From Chiloscyllium plagiosum (lineage: Eukaryota): a DNA stretch of 64,000 bases. The position numbers and the translations under genes were made by a program. This document shows positions 1 through 12,036 of this stretch, one piece after another. The stretch is from contig NC_057719.1 of NCBI RefSeq assembly GCF_004010195.1, positions 69,299,193 to 69,363,192 of the forward strand, read 5' to 3'. How positions within the stretch are numbered: position 1 is the first letter of the stretch; each line of letters starts with the position of its first letter. The notes below the pieces were generated by a model. The model had not been told where the DNA came from. It searched no databases and saw nothing but the letters and a program-made list of their open reading frames with translations.

Positions 1-500
1 CAGACTGGAGGCCTGTGACCAATGGAGTGCCACAAGGATCGGTGCTGGGTCCTCTACTTTTTGTCATTTACATAAATGATTTGGATGTGAGCATAAGAGG
101 TACAGTTAGTAAGTTTGCAGATGACACCAAAATTGGAGGTGTAGTGGACAGCGAAGAGGGTTACCGCAGATTACAACAGGATCTGGACCAGATGGGCCAA
201 TGGGCTGAGAAGTGGCAGATGGAGTTTAATTCGGATAAATGCGAGGTGCTACATTTTGGGAAAGCAAATCTTAGCAGGACTTATACACTTAATGGTAAGG
301 TCCTAGGGAGTGTTGCTGAACAAAGAGACCTTGGAGTGCAGGTTCATAGCTCCTTGAAAGTGGAGTCACAGGTATATAGGATAGTGAAGAGGGCATTTGG
401 TATGCTTTCCTTTATTGATCAGAGTATTGAGTACAGAAGTTGGGAGGTCATGTTGTGGCTGTACAGGACATTGCACGCAATATTCCAACAGTGGCCTAAT
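1..500 (+). mobile_element. CR1 (HER1-like) LINE ORF2 reverse transcriptase fragment, truncated by window start; 474-500 is inverted
   Basis: Translation [57 protein letters not shown] shows CR1 RT motifs. Confidence 0.95.
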
Positions 501-519
501 CAATGTCCAACAAATGTCC

Positions 520-1560
520 CAATGTCCAACAAATCTGAACCCCTCCCTCCTACACCATCTCTCAAACCATGTGTTCATCCTGCCTATTTTTTCATTTCTA
601 CGCTGGCTAGCACATGGCACTGGTAGAAATCCCGAGATCACTACCTTGGAGGTCCTCCCCTTTAACTTCTCTCCTAGCTCCCTGAAGTCTTCTTTCAGGA
701 CCTCATCTCGTTTCCTACTTCTATCATTGGTGCCTATATACACCAAGACAACTGGCTGTTCACCCTCCCCTTTTGGAATGCTCTGCAGCCGATCGGTGAC
801 ATCCCTGACCTGAGGACCTGGGAGGCAACATACCATCCAGGAGTCCCGTTTTCGGCCACAGAACCGCCTATCTACTCCCCTCACAATAGAATCCCCTATG
901 ACTATGGCCCTACGAGTCTTTTTCTCGCCCTTCTGAACAGCAGTACCCACCACGGTGCCATGATGATGGCAACTGTTGCCCTCCTCTGGTGAGCCATCTC
1001 CTCCAACAGTATCCAAAACGGTATACCTGGTTTGGAGGGAGATGACCGCAGGGGACACCTGCATTGCCTTCCTACTCTTTGTCAGTCTTTTGGTCACCCA
1101 TTCACTGTCTCCCTCAGCAATTCTAACCTGCGGTGTGACCAGTTCACTAAACGTGCGATCCACGACCTTCTCAGCATCACAGATGCTCCACAGTGAGTCC
1201 ATCTGCAGCTCCAGAGCCGTCATGCGGTCAAACAACAGCTGCAACTGGACACACTTCCTGCAAGTGTAAGAGTCAGGAATGTCTGACACGTTCCTAAGCT
1301 CCCACATCAAGCAAGAGTCACATGTCTGAGGTCCCCTGCCATTGTAAGCTTAGCTTTATATGAACTAACTAAACCCAAACAATGCACTGAAATATATGAA
1401 AAAGAAAGATAAAGAAAAAATGAAAGCCTTACCTTACTGAGTCTTTTTCTTCCAGTTAGAGGAGGGGAGCGGGAGGGAGATACTACACGTGTAGTATCAC
1501 GGGTTTAGCCACTGCCCAAATATAAATTAAGCCCTTACCTTCCCAGCAGCCCTCGCTTCC
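520..1560 (-). mobile_element. CR1 LINE 5' part: ORF1 (Cys-knuckle plus SGNH esterase) and 5'UTR
   Basis: ORF 366..1310(-): [46 protein letters not shown], typical of CR1 ORF1 esterase. Confidence 0.9.
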
Positions 1561-2139
1561 CTCCATTTTCTCTCCTTGCCGCTCTGTCAAAATGGAGGCA
1601 AGGTTACAGGGATGTGGTGGGTCTGGGTGGGATGCTCTTTGCAGGTCAGTGGAAGCAGGCCATTCAGTCCATCATGTCCACAGCCTGTAGGGGTTCTATG
1701 GGCTCCTAAGAATAAGTGAGGATTCTGCAGTGAATGAAAATCTCATGGTACCTAAAAGTCTGTCTGCTGTGTCTCATGCATAAGTCTGGACTTTGACAGA
1801 TTTCCACTGAACAGAATGACTGCAACTTCAAGAACGTGCAATAAGCTCAACACAATCCATGTCAAAGCAACGGTATGATCAAGATCCTCTTAGCCAGCAT
1901 AAATATTCACTCCCTTCCATGTCCTGGCACAGTGTCAGCACTGTGCATCGTTCACCTCATGTACTGCAGCTACTTATCAAGGCCTTTTTGGTAGTGCTTT
2001 CCAATTCTGTGCCTGTTACCACATAGAAAAAGAAGAAGTAGACAGATGAGGGCACCATTACTTGCAAATTTCCTTCATGTTACACCCCATTCCAATTTGG
2101 AAATACATCACTGTTCCTCCTTTGTTGCTGCGCAGTACA

Positions 2140-2355
2140 TTGGAGATAACACATGGTCTCTTTGAAGTAGTGCCATGGAACCTTCTACACCAACCTCAGG
2201 AATTAGATCGAGCCTCAGTTTAACATCTTACTTGAAAGTTTCATGAGTGCAACACACCTTCACTGGAACGTCAGCCTGGATTTTATTTGTTGTCAAGTTT
2301 CTTAAAGTGGAACTTGATCCTGTAATCACATGACTCAGAGGTGAGAGCATTACCA
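2140..2355 (-). mobile_element. SacSINE1-like DeuSINE, 5' half, degraded
   Basis: Reverse complement reads tggtaatgctctcacctctgagtcatgtgattacaggatcaagttccact..atccaggctgac, matching the head of the copies at 5040 and 63137. Confidence 0.55.
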
Positions 2356-2900
2356 AGGGTTCATACTTTCTTCCAAAGTTGCTCTGCCCGTCCATCTCTT
2401 CCCTCCTCCTTTAAGGTTCTTCTTAAAAACCACCCTTTTGACTGAACTTTTAGTCATCTGTTACATTGTTTCCTTCCTTAGCTTTTGTGCATGTAATATT
2501 TACTGGAATATTTAAATGAAGCTGTATAAATGTAGGTAATTGTTGCTTCACATTGCTGAATATGTCTACATAATTATATTGACAATAGTTCAACCGTAAA
2601 ATGCTTTGGGACATCTTGAGTACATGAGAAGTACTATGAGTTTTAATTTATTCTTTAAGAATGGCTATGGCCTTTAGCCTTATTTCTAGACCAATTTCTC
2701 ACATGCAAATACAATTACACCTCAGATGTTCATTCTGGCACTTTTTTTTATATTCCTTACTGACTGAACTATTTGGGAATGCATGATCATTTGTTAATGA
2801 ATTCCTGAGGTCACTATATTTGCCTGTAACTTCTCATTATCTTTTCTTGATTTACCCAGAAATATTAAATGTTTTATTTTAATGCTTTCATTTGCCACAG

Positions 2901-2955
2901 CTGTGGGGAAAAGCCTTCATTGATGACAGTATTTTTAAAGAAATTAGAATACAAG
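2901..2955 (+). CDS. Penultimate coding exon of unidentified SAM-domain gene (xCGEKPSLMTVFLKKLEYK)
   Basis: Acceptor tttcatttgccacag| and donor AAG|gtaaat. Phase-0 join to 11027 gives continuous SAM helix 1-2 pattern FLKKLEYK-QYSPCFENAGI. Confidence 0.8.
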
Positions 2956-3091
2956 GTAAATTAATTGTAATGAATTAACTGGGACAAAGATAAATTTCAT
3001 TCATGATTGAGGCATCATAACTCAATTGATACCCTTGGAGCAAAATTGTTTAAAACACTGGTTTAAATATTTTGGTGAGAGAGGAAAGATA

Positions 3092-3264
3092 TAAGTGGTG
3101 GAGGCTGGTACAATTGTAACATTTAAGAGGCATTTGGATGGGTATATGAATAGGAAGGGTTTGGAGGGATATGGGCTGGGTGCTGGCAGGTGGGACTAGA
3201 TTGGGTTGGGATATCTGGTTGGACCGAAGGGTCCGTTTCCATGCTGTACATCTCTATGACTATG
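3092..3264 (+). mobile_element. HER1/CR1 LINE 3' end
   Basis: gtggtggaggctggtacaattg..ggatgggtatatgaataggaaggg..ccgaagggtc..catctctatgact tail; same sequence at 7330, 19230 and 35220 on -. Confidence 0.85.
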
Positions 3265-5039
3265 CTGGGGTCATAACTACTAAATTACCAAGAGATTTGC
3301 TATGTGTGGTTGTGTCAACACTACATCACCCACTGATAAGCTTCTTAATTTGTTTCTTAGATTATCAGGTCCTTTATTGATGATGCATAATATTTTTAAT
3401 TAATTCAGATTTATTGAGTTACTAAAGCAAAAGGCTATGATTTTAAGCTTTGCAAATTCTATCTGGCTTGCTGTTAATTGCTAATTCTCGAATAACAGTT
3501 ACACACTTGTTTACCAAAGCTAGATTCCTTTACGGTTTAGCTTGTGAGCAGTTATTTGCTCAGTTCAATGACAGCAGTAATTGATAAAGGATTGAGGTTA
3601 AATTTTGTAAAAGTGAAAGAAGAGAAGTGCAACTATATTTTGTTCTTTAAAATATATCTGCCATATGAAATCTCAACCTGAGGTAAAATTCTTATCATGG
3701 ATAGTGAAATGACTTTACAGTGAGAATATTACCTCACTTGCCTCCTGTAGAATTGCACTTCCTTCTGACAAATCTGTCTGTCCACTGTAGGATGGTGGAG
3801 GAGATTATTATAACTAGTAGGATTATAACTAGTAGACAAGAACTTGTAGACAAGGAATGAAACAGCTTGTTATTCCAGCTTCAGTCGCTTTGATGTACTG
3901 TGGGTAAGATGCAGACATGAATTATTCATATGTTCATGGGAATTAAATCAAATTTTGCTCCAGGGTGTAGAAACTTAGAGGCACTCATACTCCTTATTCT
4001 CTTCCTTTTCTTTGAAGAAAGACAAATAAATAGTGGCTCCCAAAGGACTCCTATTATCCTAAAAGCAAGGCAGTTTTCTTACAAACCCCCAATACACCAA
4101 ATTGACAGTGGGAAAAAAAAACATTTAGCCTAAAGGGAAAAAGAAACTTTCAAAAATTACTCCTGCAAATTGCTTCCTAATTGTGGTAACTATAAACTGA
4201 CTGACATTACTGATATCTCATGTCACACAGTAAAATGAGCTCAAGGCAAATACGTTTCAGGCTTTAAAGAACTTTATCACAAACTTGCAGTATTGTCTCT
4301 GCTTTGGAACTACAGATTTTCCTACAGCAGTTAGCACAAGCTTAACATCATATTCTGGTGAATTTTGACTCCAAGTACTGACTATTAATCTGACAATTTT
4401 ATATCTTTTTACTTGTTTGGGAAAGCTGGGGCTGGTAGGTACGCCTTTCCTACAATGGAGGGTAACTTGTTATACATTCTTCATTCTCTACTCATCCCAG
4501 TGAAGCAGCCGAAAGGCATTCCTACTGTCGGAATGAAACTTACATCCAAGCGTAGAAATTAAAAACAAGAGTAAGTCATTTAGCCTTTTGAGTCTGCTCT
4601 GCCATTCAAAATGATCTGGCTGATCGTCCAACTCAGTACCTATTCCACTTTTTCCCCATACCCTTTGATCCCATTAGTGTTTATTGTCCCAAAACTTGCT
4701 GTGGCAGAGTAACAACCAGTGGTCACTGCAGTGATTGGCCCACTTGGAAGCTTAGAATGAAATGCCTTGGCTCCCTCTGCAGGGCATCTGAGATCTGAGT
4801 GAGCTGCTTGATGGATAACGAATCAAGCAGCACATTGATCAAGGAGGAAATGTGAGCTAGAATCAAGTCAATTCAATGTCGGATTAGTCACAGAAAAGAT
4901 CTTGACGTTGACACAAGTAATCTCACCATGTGAAAATGAGATTAGTATTTAAACTATTAATTGTGGTCCGATTATAACCATAATAATACTTAAAGTGATA
5001 TTGACAATTTTAATCACATGCAGTTTTCCTCAGGCTTGT

Positions 5040-5580
5040 GGCTGTCAGCTATGGTCCAATTGATAACAATGTCACCTCTGAGTCAGCAGGTTGTAGGTTC
5101 AATTCCCACTTTGATTCAGAAATCTGATACTTCAGTGTGGACAGTTAAAGATTCCATCTTCAGGATGAGATGTCAAATCAATGCCCTGTCTGCTCTCTCA
5201 ATGATTTCATGCCGTTACTCACCTACTTTGGCTGAATGTTTTCTTTCCAATTCTGTGCAGGCTGTTGGTCAAGTTGAGTTAGTAAGCAAATGTCTGGCAG
5301 ATGCTGTATAATTCAGCTAAATGAGAGGTTATCCACATTTATCAATGCCCTGTCTGCTCTCTCAAGTGATCTCATACCATTACTTTAAAGGTGAACAGGG
5401 GAATTTTCCCTGACACACATTTCGTAAAAAACGGATCATTGAGTCGTCATCATATTATTGTTTGTGGAAGCTTGCTCTGCACAATTGGCTGCTACATTTC
5501 CAATATTTGCAACACTTCAAAAAATGCTTCATTGGCTCTGGTGTGTTTTGCAGTTGTGAAAGGTACTATAGAAATCTTTG
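5040..5580 (+). mobile_element. SacSINE1-like DeuSINE with internal duplication/insertion
   Basis: tRNA-like head (cacctctgagtcagcaggttgtaggttcaattcccact), central catcttcaggatgagatg..ctgtctgctctctca, tail tgtttgtggaagcttgctctgcacaattggctgc..gtgaaaggtactatagaaat. Confidence 0.65.
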
Positions 5581-6689
5581 CAAAATAAGCGAGACAATGA
5601 TTACATTAAGAGAACAGACAAAGGAGAAAAGCTTCTATTTTGAAAAATCAAAATCTCTACCAATCAAAATCTTAAGGCACACGATTCCACCCTAGGATTA
5701 GTTCATTTTTCAGTGCCAGAATGATAACTGGCAATAATTAACACTAACATACCTTTTAAAGGCTATTTGCCCTTAAAAGACTTCATATTTTTCTGTTTGA
5801 ATATTGTATCATGCACATAGATATAAGACCACATCACTCAATACAGTTAAATGGGAAAACAAATGTGCAATAACTGTTTTTGGAAAGATAATGGCGTTTG
5901 GGCAGCAGCTATCCAAGATATGCATTTCATCGTGCATCTGCACTCACCTGACGTTGCTGCGGCACTTGACCATAAATAACAGCAAGTGTTCTTAATCCCA
6001 CATTAATTTGACAAGAAATTCTGGGCAATCCACAGTGGCACAGCATAAGGTGCTATTGTGAGACTATTTACCCGACTGAGTGGAGGTTGCTTGATATGAA
6101 TACTGAATTCTCAATGTGGAAATATATTGCGCTCCTCAATAGGAATAATCCTCACATTTTAAAAAGATCAATGAAAAGTAAATGAGCTTAAAAGACTGCC
6201 GAAGAAGCCATGTATCATTCCACAGGTATAAATTACGAATACTGAAATTTAGAAAGGTTGTTATCATGGCTGGTGTTGCAAAATTGAATGTCATTTGCTG
6301 TGTATAATGGACAAGTCTGGCCTGCATCACTACACGTGAAAAGATTCAAAACCAATGTCTTTGCCCTTCGAGATTGCAGCATTTATTTCTATTTCAATCA
6401 AATTTGTACCAAACTGAATCTGGCTACACTCCAGCATTACCTGGCGACTAATGCTGCATACCATCAGAATTTTAAACTATTAAAAACTGGCCGATAAATG
6501 TAAGCTTGCCATGATGATAAGAAAAATCTGAGTTTCAGTTCTTTATTCAATAAACAGAGTAACAGAAATCTTGACAGATTCACTCTTGAAGAGGGAGCCT
6601 TTATAACAAAGGTAGCATGTCATTTAATCTTACAATGTGTTTGCATGGTAAGACATACAAGTCACTTGAACTAGGACCTTTCTTTTTAA

Positions 6690-7300
6690 TAAGCATCTCA
6701 TTAAGTGGTTGTATTTTTGCCTCTGAGGCAGAACACTGTGGGCTCCAATGACCTGACACACAATTTAGGTTTACACCAGAGGGTTCTTACTTTTTTTGAA
6801 GGTTTTGTGAATATTGAATTCATCTTCTCAATTGGACATAAACAGTAGGAGAAAAAGTGAGGACTGCAAGTGCTGGGGATCAGAATCAAAAGGTGTGGCC
6901 CTGGAAAAGCACAGCCGGTCAGGCAGCATTTGAGGAGCAAGAGAGTCATTTCAGGCATAAGCTCTTCAACATCGACTCCTCTGGCCCTCAGACGCTGCCT
7001 GACCTGCTGTGCTTTTCCAGTGCCACACTTTTTGACTCTGGACATAAACAGTGCTAAAGTACTAGATGAAGAAAATTATATGATTTATTTGGGGCTTTTA
7101 ACGAATACTTACCCCTGAACCAGATGATCACTTTCAGATCATCTGGTCGTTAATTTTACTTCTATTCAGACCATTTTATACATAATTTGGCTCTATTATT
7201 TTCCTACAAATCAAAGGTGACCATGTATGATAACATTGCAGGGGATGTGAAATGATTTGAGATATTGTCAAATTTTGAAAGGTACGATTTAAAATCAACT
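6690..7300 (+). mobile_element. Degraded SacSINE1-like element interrupted by a fold-back PLE derivative
   Basis: gcctctgaggcagaacactgtgggctcc head; atctggtcgtt..aatttggct..gaaaggtacgatttaaaa tail. Confidence 0.5.
6847..7038. mobile_element. Non-autonomous fold-back element derived from a Penelope pseudo-LTR
   Basis: ~65-bp inverted arms (ctggaaaagcacagc..caggcagca / gctgcctgacctgctgtgcttttccag); 14-bp TSD TGGACATAAACAGT at 6833-6846 and 7039-7052. Confidence 0.8.
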
Positions 7301-7595
7301 TATTTGTTTTCTTTGTCCAATCTCTATGTCATAGAGTCATAGAGATGTACAGCATGGAAACAGACCCCTTGTTCCAACATGTCCAAGCCGACCAGATATC
7401 CCAACCCAATCTAGTCCCACCTGCCAGCACCCGGCCCATACCCCTCCAAACCCTTGCTATTCATATACCCATCCAGATGCCTCTTAAATGTTGCAATTGT
7501 ACCAGCCTCCACCACTTCCTCTGGCAGCTCATTCCATACCCGTACCACCCTCTGCATGAAAAAGTTGCCCCTAAGGTCTCTTTTATATCTATCAC

Positions 7596-8209
7596 NNNNN
7601 NNNNNNNNNNNNNNNNNNNNNNNNNNNNNNNNNNNNNNNNNNNNNNNNNNNNNNNNNNNNNNNNNNNNNNNNNNNNNNNNNNNNNNNNNNNNNNNNNNNN
7701 NNNNNNNNNNNNNNNNNNNNNNNNNNNNNNNNNNNNNNNNNNNNNNNNNNNNNNNNNNNNNNNNNNNNNNNNNNNNNNNNNNNNNNNNNNNNNNNNNNNN
7801 NNNNNNNNNNNNNNNNNNNNNNNNNNNNNNNNNNNNNNNNNNNNNNNNNNNNNNNNNNNNNNNNNNNNNNNNNNNNNNNNNNNNNNNNNNNNNNNNNNNN
7901 NNNNNNNNNNNNNNNNNNNNNNNNNNNNNNNNNNNNNNNNNNNNNNNNNNNNNNNNNNNNNNNNNNNNNNNNNNNNNNNNNNNNNNNNNNNNNNNNNNNN
8001 NNNNNNNNNNNNNNNNNNNNNNNNNNNNNNNNNNNNNNNNNNNNNNNNNNNNNNNNNNNNNNNNNNNNNNNNNNNNNNNNNNNNNNNNNNNNNNNNNNNN
8101 NNNNNNNNNNNNNNNNNNNNNNNNNNNNNNNNNNNNNNNNNNNNNNNNNNNNNNNNNNNNNNNNNNNNNNNNNNNNNNNNNNNNNNNNNNNNNNNNNNNN
8201 NNNNNNNNN
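7596..8209. other. Assembly gap (N run)
   Basis: Run of N. Confidence 1.
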
Positions 8210-8441
8210 TCTTTGTTACTTCTTCAAAAAACTCAATCAAGTTTGCAAGACATGATTTCCCACGCACAAAGCCATGTTGACTATCCTGTATCAGTCCTTG
8301 CCTTTCCAAATGCATGTACATCCTGTCCCTCAGGATTCCCTCCAACAACTTGCCCACCACAGAGGTCAGGCTCACCGGTCTATAGTTCCCTGGCTTGTCT
8401 TTACCACCCTTCTTAAACAATGGCACCACGTTTGCCAACCT

Positions 8442-8579
8442 CCGGCGCACCCGGAGGAAACCCACGCAGACACCGGGAGAATGTGCAAACTCCACATAGA
8501 CAGGTGCCAGAGGCGGGAATTGAACCTGGGTCTCTGGCGCTGTGAAGCAGCAGTGCTAACCAGAGCCACGGTGCCGCCC
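8442..8579 (-). mobile_element. HE1-type V-SINE, 5' part only, inside CR1
   Basis: rc gggcggcaccgtggctctggttagcactgctgcttcacagcgccagagacccaggttcaattcc (tRNA A/B boxes)..gtgggtttcctccgggtgc. Confidence 0.9.
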
Positions 8580-11026
8580 AAAATTTAGAACTTCAACCTT
8601 TAGATCTGGCCTATCTGTTTCCATTATTATTTTAAAATGAATAGAATTATGGTTGCTGGCCCCAAAGTGCTCCCCCACTGACACCTCAGTTACCTGCCCT
8701 GCCCTATTTTCCAAGAGTAGGTCAAGTTTTGCACCTTCTCTAGTAGGTACATCCACATACTGAATCAGAAAATTGTCTTGTACACACTAAACGAATTGCT
8801 CTCCACCGAAACCTTTAACACTATGGCAGTCCCAGTCAATGTTTGGAAAGTTAAAATCGACTACCATAACCACCCTATTATTCTTACAAATAGCTGAGAT
8901 CTCCTTACAAGTTTATTTCTCAATTTCCCTCTGACTATTAGGGGGTCTATAATACAATCCCAATAAGGTGACCATCCCTTTCTTATTTCTCAGTTCCACC
9001 CAAATAACTTCCCTGGATGTATTTTCAGGAATATCCTCCCTCAGCACAGCTGTAATGCTATCCCTTATCAAAAATGCCACTCCCCCTAATCTCTTGCCTC
9101 CCTTTCTATCCTTCCTGTAGCATTTGTATCCTGGAACATAAGCTGCCAGTCCTGCCCGTCCCTGAGCCATGTTTCTGTAATTGCTATAATATCTAAGTCC
9201 CCTGTTCCTAACCATGTCCTGAGTTCATCTGACTTCCCTGTTCAGCCCCCTGCATTGAAATAAATGCAGTTTAATTTATTAGTCCTACCTTGTCCCTGCC
9301 TGCCCTGACTGTTTGACGCGCTTTTGTTCTCAACTGTGCCAGTCTCAAATTGATCTCTTTCCTCACTATCTCCCTGGGTTCCCCCCCTTATTAGTTTCAA
9401 TCCTCCTGAGCAGTTGTAGCAAATTTCCCTGCCATATATTAGTCCCCTTCCAATTTAGGTGCAATCCGTCCTTCTTGTACAGGTCACTTCTACCCCAAAA
9501 GAGATTCCAATGATCCAAAAATGTGAATCCTTCTCCCATACACCAGCTTCTCAGCCATGCATTCATCTGCTCTATCCTTCTATTCCTGCCTCACGAGCTA
9601 ATAGCACTGGGAGTAATCTAGATATTACTGCCCTTGAGGACCTCCTTTTTAAATTTCTGCCTAACTCTCTGTAATCTCCCTTCAGAATCTCAACCTTTTC
9701 CCTTCCTATATCCATTGGTTCCAATGTGGACAATGACCTCCTGCTGGACCCTCTCCCCCTTGAGAACATTCAGCACCCTCTTTGAGACATCCTTGATCCT
9801 GGCACAAGGGAAGCAACACACCATTCTGCTTTTTCGCTGCTGGCCACAAATGTCTGTCTGTACCTCAGACTACAGAATCCCCTAACACAATTGACCTCTT
9901 GGAAGCCCATGTACCCCTCGTTGCCTTAGAGCCAATCTCAATACCAGAAATGTGGCTGTTCGTGCTACGTTCTCCTGAGAATCCATCACCCCCTACATTT
10001 TCCAAAACAGCATACCTGTTTGAAATGGGTATAGTCACAGAAGACTCCTGCCCTAGGTGTCTACCTCCCTTACCTTTCCTGGAGTTAACCCATCTATGTG
10101 ACTGTATCTGAGACTTTCCCCCCTTTCTATAAGTGCCATCCATCACATACTATTGCTATTGCAAAGTCCTCTTGCTTCTAACTGTCTCTCCATTCGATTC
10201 ATTCGATCTGATAAGATTTGCATCCAACAGCATTTATGGCAGATATAATCTGCAGTAACCCTTAAACTCTCTTTAAACTCCCACATCTGACAAGAAGTAC
10301 ATATCACTACAAAGGCCATTCTTGCTCCTTCACAATCTACAGACCCAGAAAATAACTCCGTCTTATTCCTCTACAAAATACTGTCCCAGGTTAAATTAAT
10401 AGTTAAGGCTCATATTTTAAGTTTAATCAAGAGATATCTCCAAAAACATAATCAAGAAAGAATCCCCTCTACTCACTACTGCAGCCTTTCTATTGGACAC
10501 ACTTAAAACAACAATTAACTTATCTGATTCTTCCTCCAAGATTAGTTGTGAAACTCACTGTTTGTTAATTTTTCCAGACGCACTCTGATGTCCAGCGATA
10601 CATGAATTCAAAACCACAAAGGCAGTAACTGTGCAGGTTCTCTCGTTCTCTCTCACTCACACACACATATCATGTGCTTCCTTTATCTGTTCTTCTCCCC
10701 TTTAATACTGCTGTTGTTTGGACTTTTTTTCCCCCCAAAGTTCCAAAACAATGCAACAGCATATAAAACAGTAATTGCTGCTCCTGGAATTCGAGGAAAT
10801 CACCTCCAGCACCTAAAATACCTCAAAAAAAGGAGCAGCTGTTACAAATTTCTCTTTTTAGGATCTAATTTTACAACTACTTTTCCTCCCTTCTTTCTAA
10901 ACAAATCTACACCTCTTTATTTCATGCACATTTATGCAGACATTAATATACCTCATCAAAACTGTTCAGTTACTGCAAATGTTTTCTTATTGGCAGGAAT
11001 TTACTCATCTTTTGCCTCGTTTTCAG

Positions 11027-11170
11027 CAATATAGTCCATGTTTTGAGAATGCTGGCATTGGTTTGATGGAGTTACCGTCTTTGAATGAAGAAAGATTGGC
11101 ACAGCTGGGCATTCCTTTGGGACCAAGGCTTCACATTCTCCATGAGCTAAGAAACACCACCTATGTATGA
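11027..11170 (+). CDS. Terminal coding exon of unidentified SAM-domain gene (QYSPCFENAGIGLMELPSLNEERLAQLGIPLGPRLHILHELRNTTYV*)
   Basis: Acceptor cttttgcctcgttttcag|; SAM consensus Y...F....I....L..L.EE.L..LGIPLGPR..IL; stop TGA 11168-11170. Confidence 0.88.
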   Translation, partial: QYSPCFENAGIGLMELPSLNEERLAQLGIPLGPRLHILHELRNTTYV

Positions 11171-12036
11171 GTCATACCTCCAGCAACTCATCAAATCAAT
11201 CAATTCTGCTTTACATTTTGGAAAGCATTCCTTGGGCTTCTATGTTAGAACCCAAAAAACATCCAAGCTGTAAACAATTTGGAAATCAAGATAGTCATGA
11301 ATCAGACACCTGAAATGTCTCCTACCCACAGCTTCCAACCTCATAGTCCGGGAACCCTGCACCACCCGATTCTACATCCTTCCCAAGATCCACAAGCCTG
11401 ACCATTCTGGCCGACCTATTGTCTCAGCATGCTCCTGCTGCACCAAACTCATCTCTACCTACCTAGACACTGTCCTATCCCCCCCAGTCCAGGAACTCCC
11501 CACATACGTTCGAGTCACCACCCACGTCCTCCAAGACTTCAGTTTCCCCGGACCTCAACGCCTCATCTTCACCATGGATATCCAATCCCTCTACATCTCC
11601 ATCCGCCATGACCAGGGCCTCCAAGTCCTTCATTTGTCCCGACGTCCCCAACAGTACCCTTCCACCGACACACTCATTCGTTTTGCTGAATTGGTCCTCA
11701 CCCTTAACAATTTCTCCTTCAAATCCTCCCACTTCCTCCAGACCAAAGGGGTAGCCATGGGCACCCGTATGGGCCCCAACTATGCCTGTCTCTTTGTTGG
11801 CCAAGTAGAACAGTCCATCTTCTGTAGTTACACTGGCACTCCTCCCCACCTCTTCCTTCGCTACATTGATGACTGGATTGGCGCCACCTCGTGCTCCCGC
11901 GAGGAGGTTGAGCAATTCATCAACTTCACCAACACATTCCACCCTGACCTTAAATTTAACTGGACCATCTCTGACACCTCCCTCCCCCTCCTGGACCTCT
12001 CCATCTCCATCAGTGACGACAGACTTGACACTGACA

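Larger units (their letters stand above)
7328..10850 (-). mobile_element. Near full-length CR1/HER1 LINE (5'UTR, ORF1 esterase, APE endonuclease, RT, 3' tail), degraded, with N-gap and SINE-associated deletion
   Basis: IVLGDSVV and NAWLRSWCMGEGFTFLDHW (ORF1); YRKDRKGGKRLGGVAFLIRD, GLYYRPPNSQ, LDLLL..FGASNHN (APE); ANVVPLFKKG..NYRPVSLTSVVGKLLE..SQHGF (RT); ctctatgact tail at 7330. Confidence 0.93.

Noticed and set aside
366..1310. Domesticated esterase gene
   Set aside because: Retains CR1 5'UTR context, C-terminus replaced by a rearrangement junction, no splice structure; a young CR1 copy is more parsimonious
3808..3836. Short tandem duplications (attataactagtag x2; atagctataaa x2 near 63316)
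   Set aside because: Ordinary replication-slippage duplications
7345..8495. Long ORFs of 300-440 aa here and at 11475-12927, and 181-244 aa at 46061-46852
   Set aside because: Artefacts of translating through N-gaps
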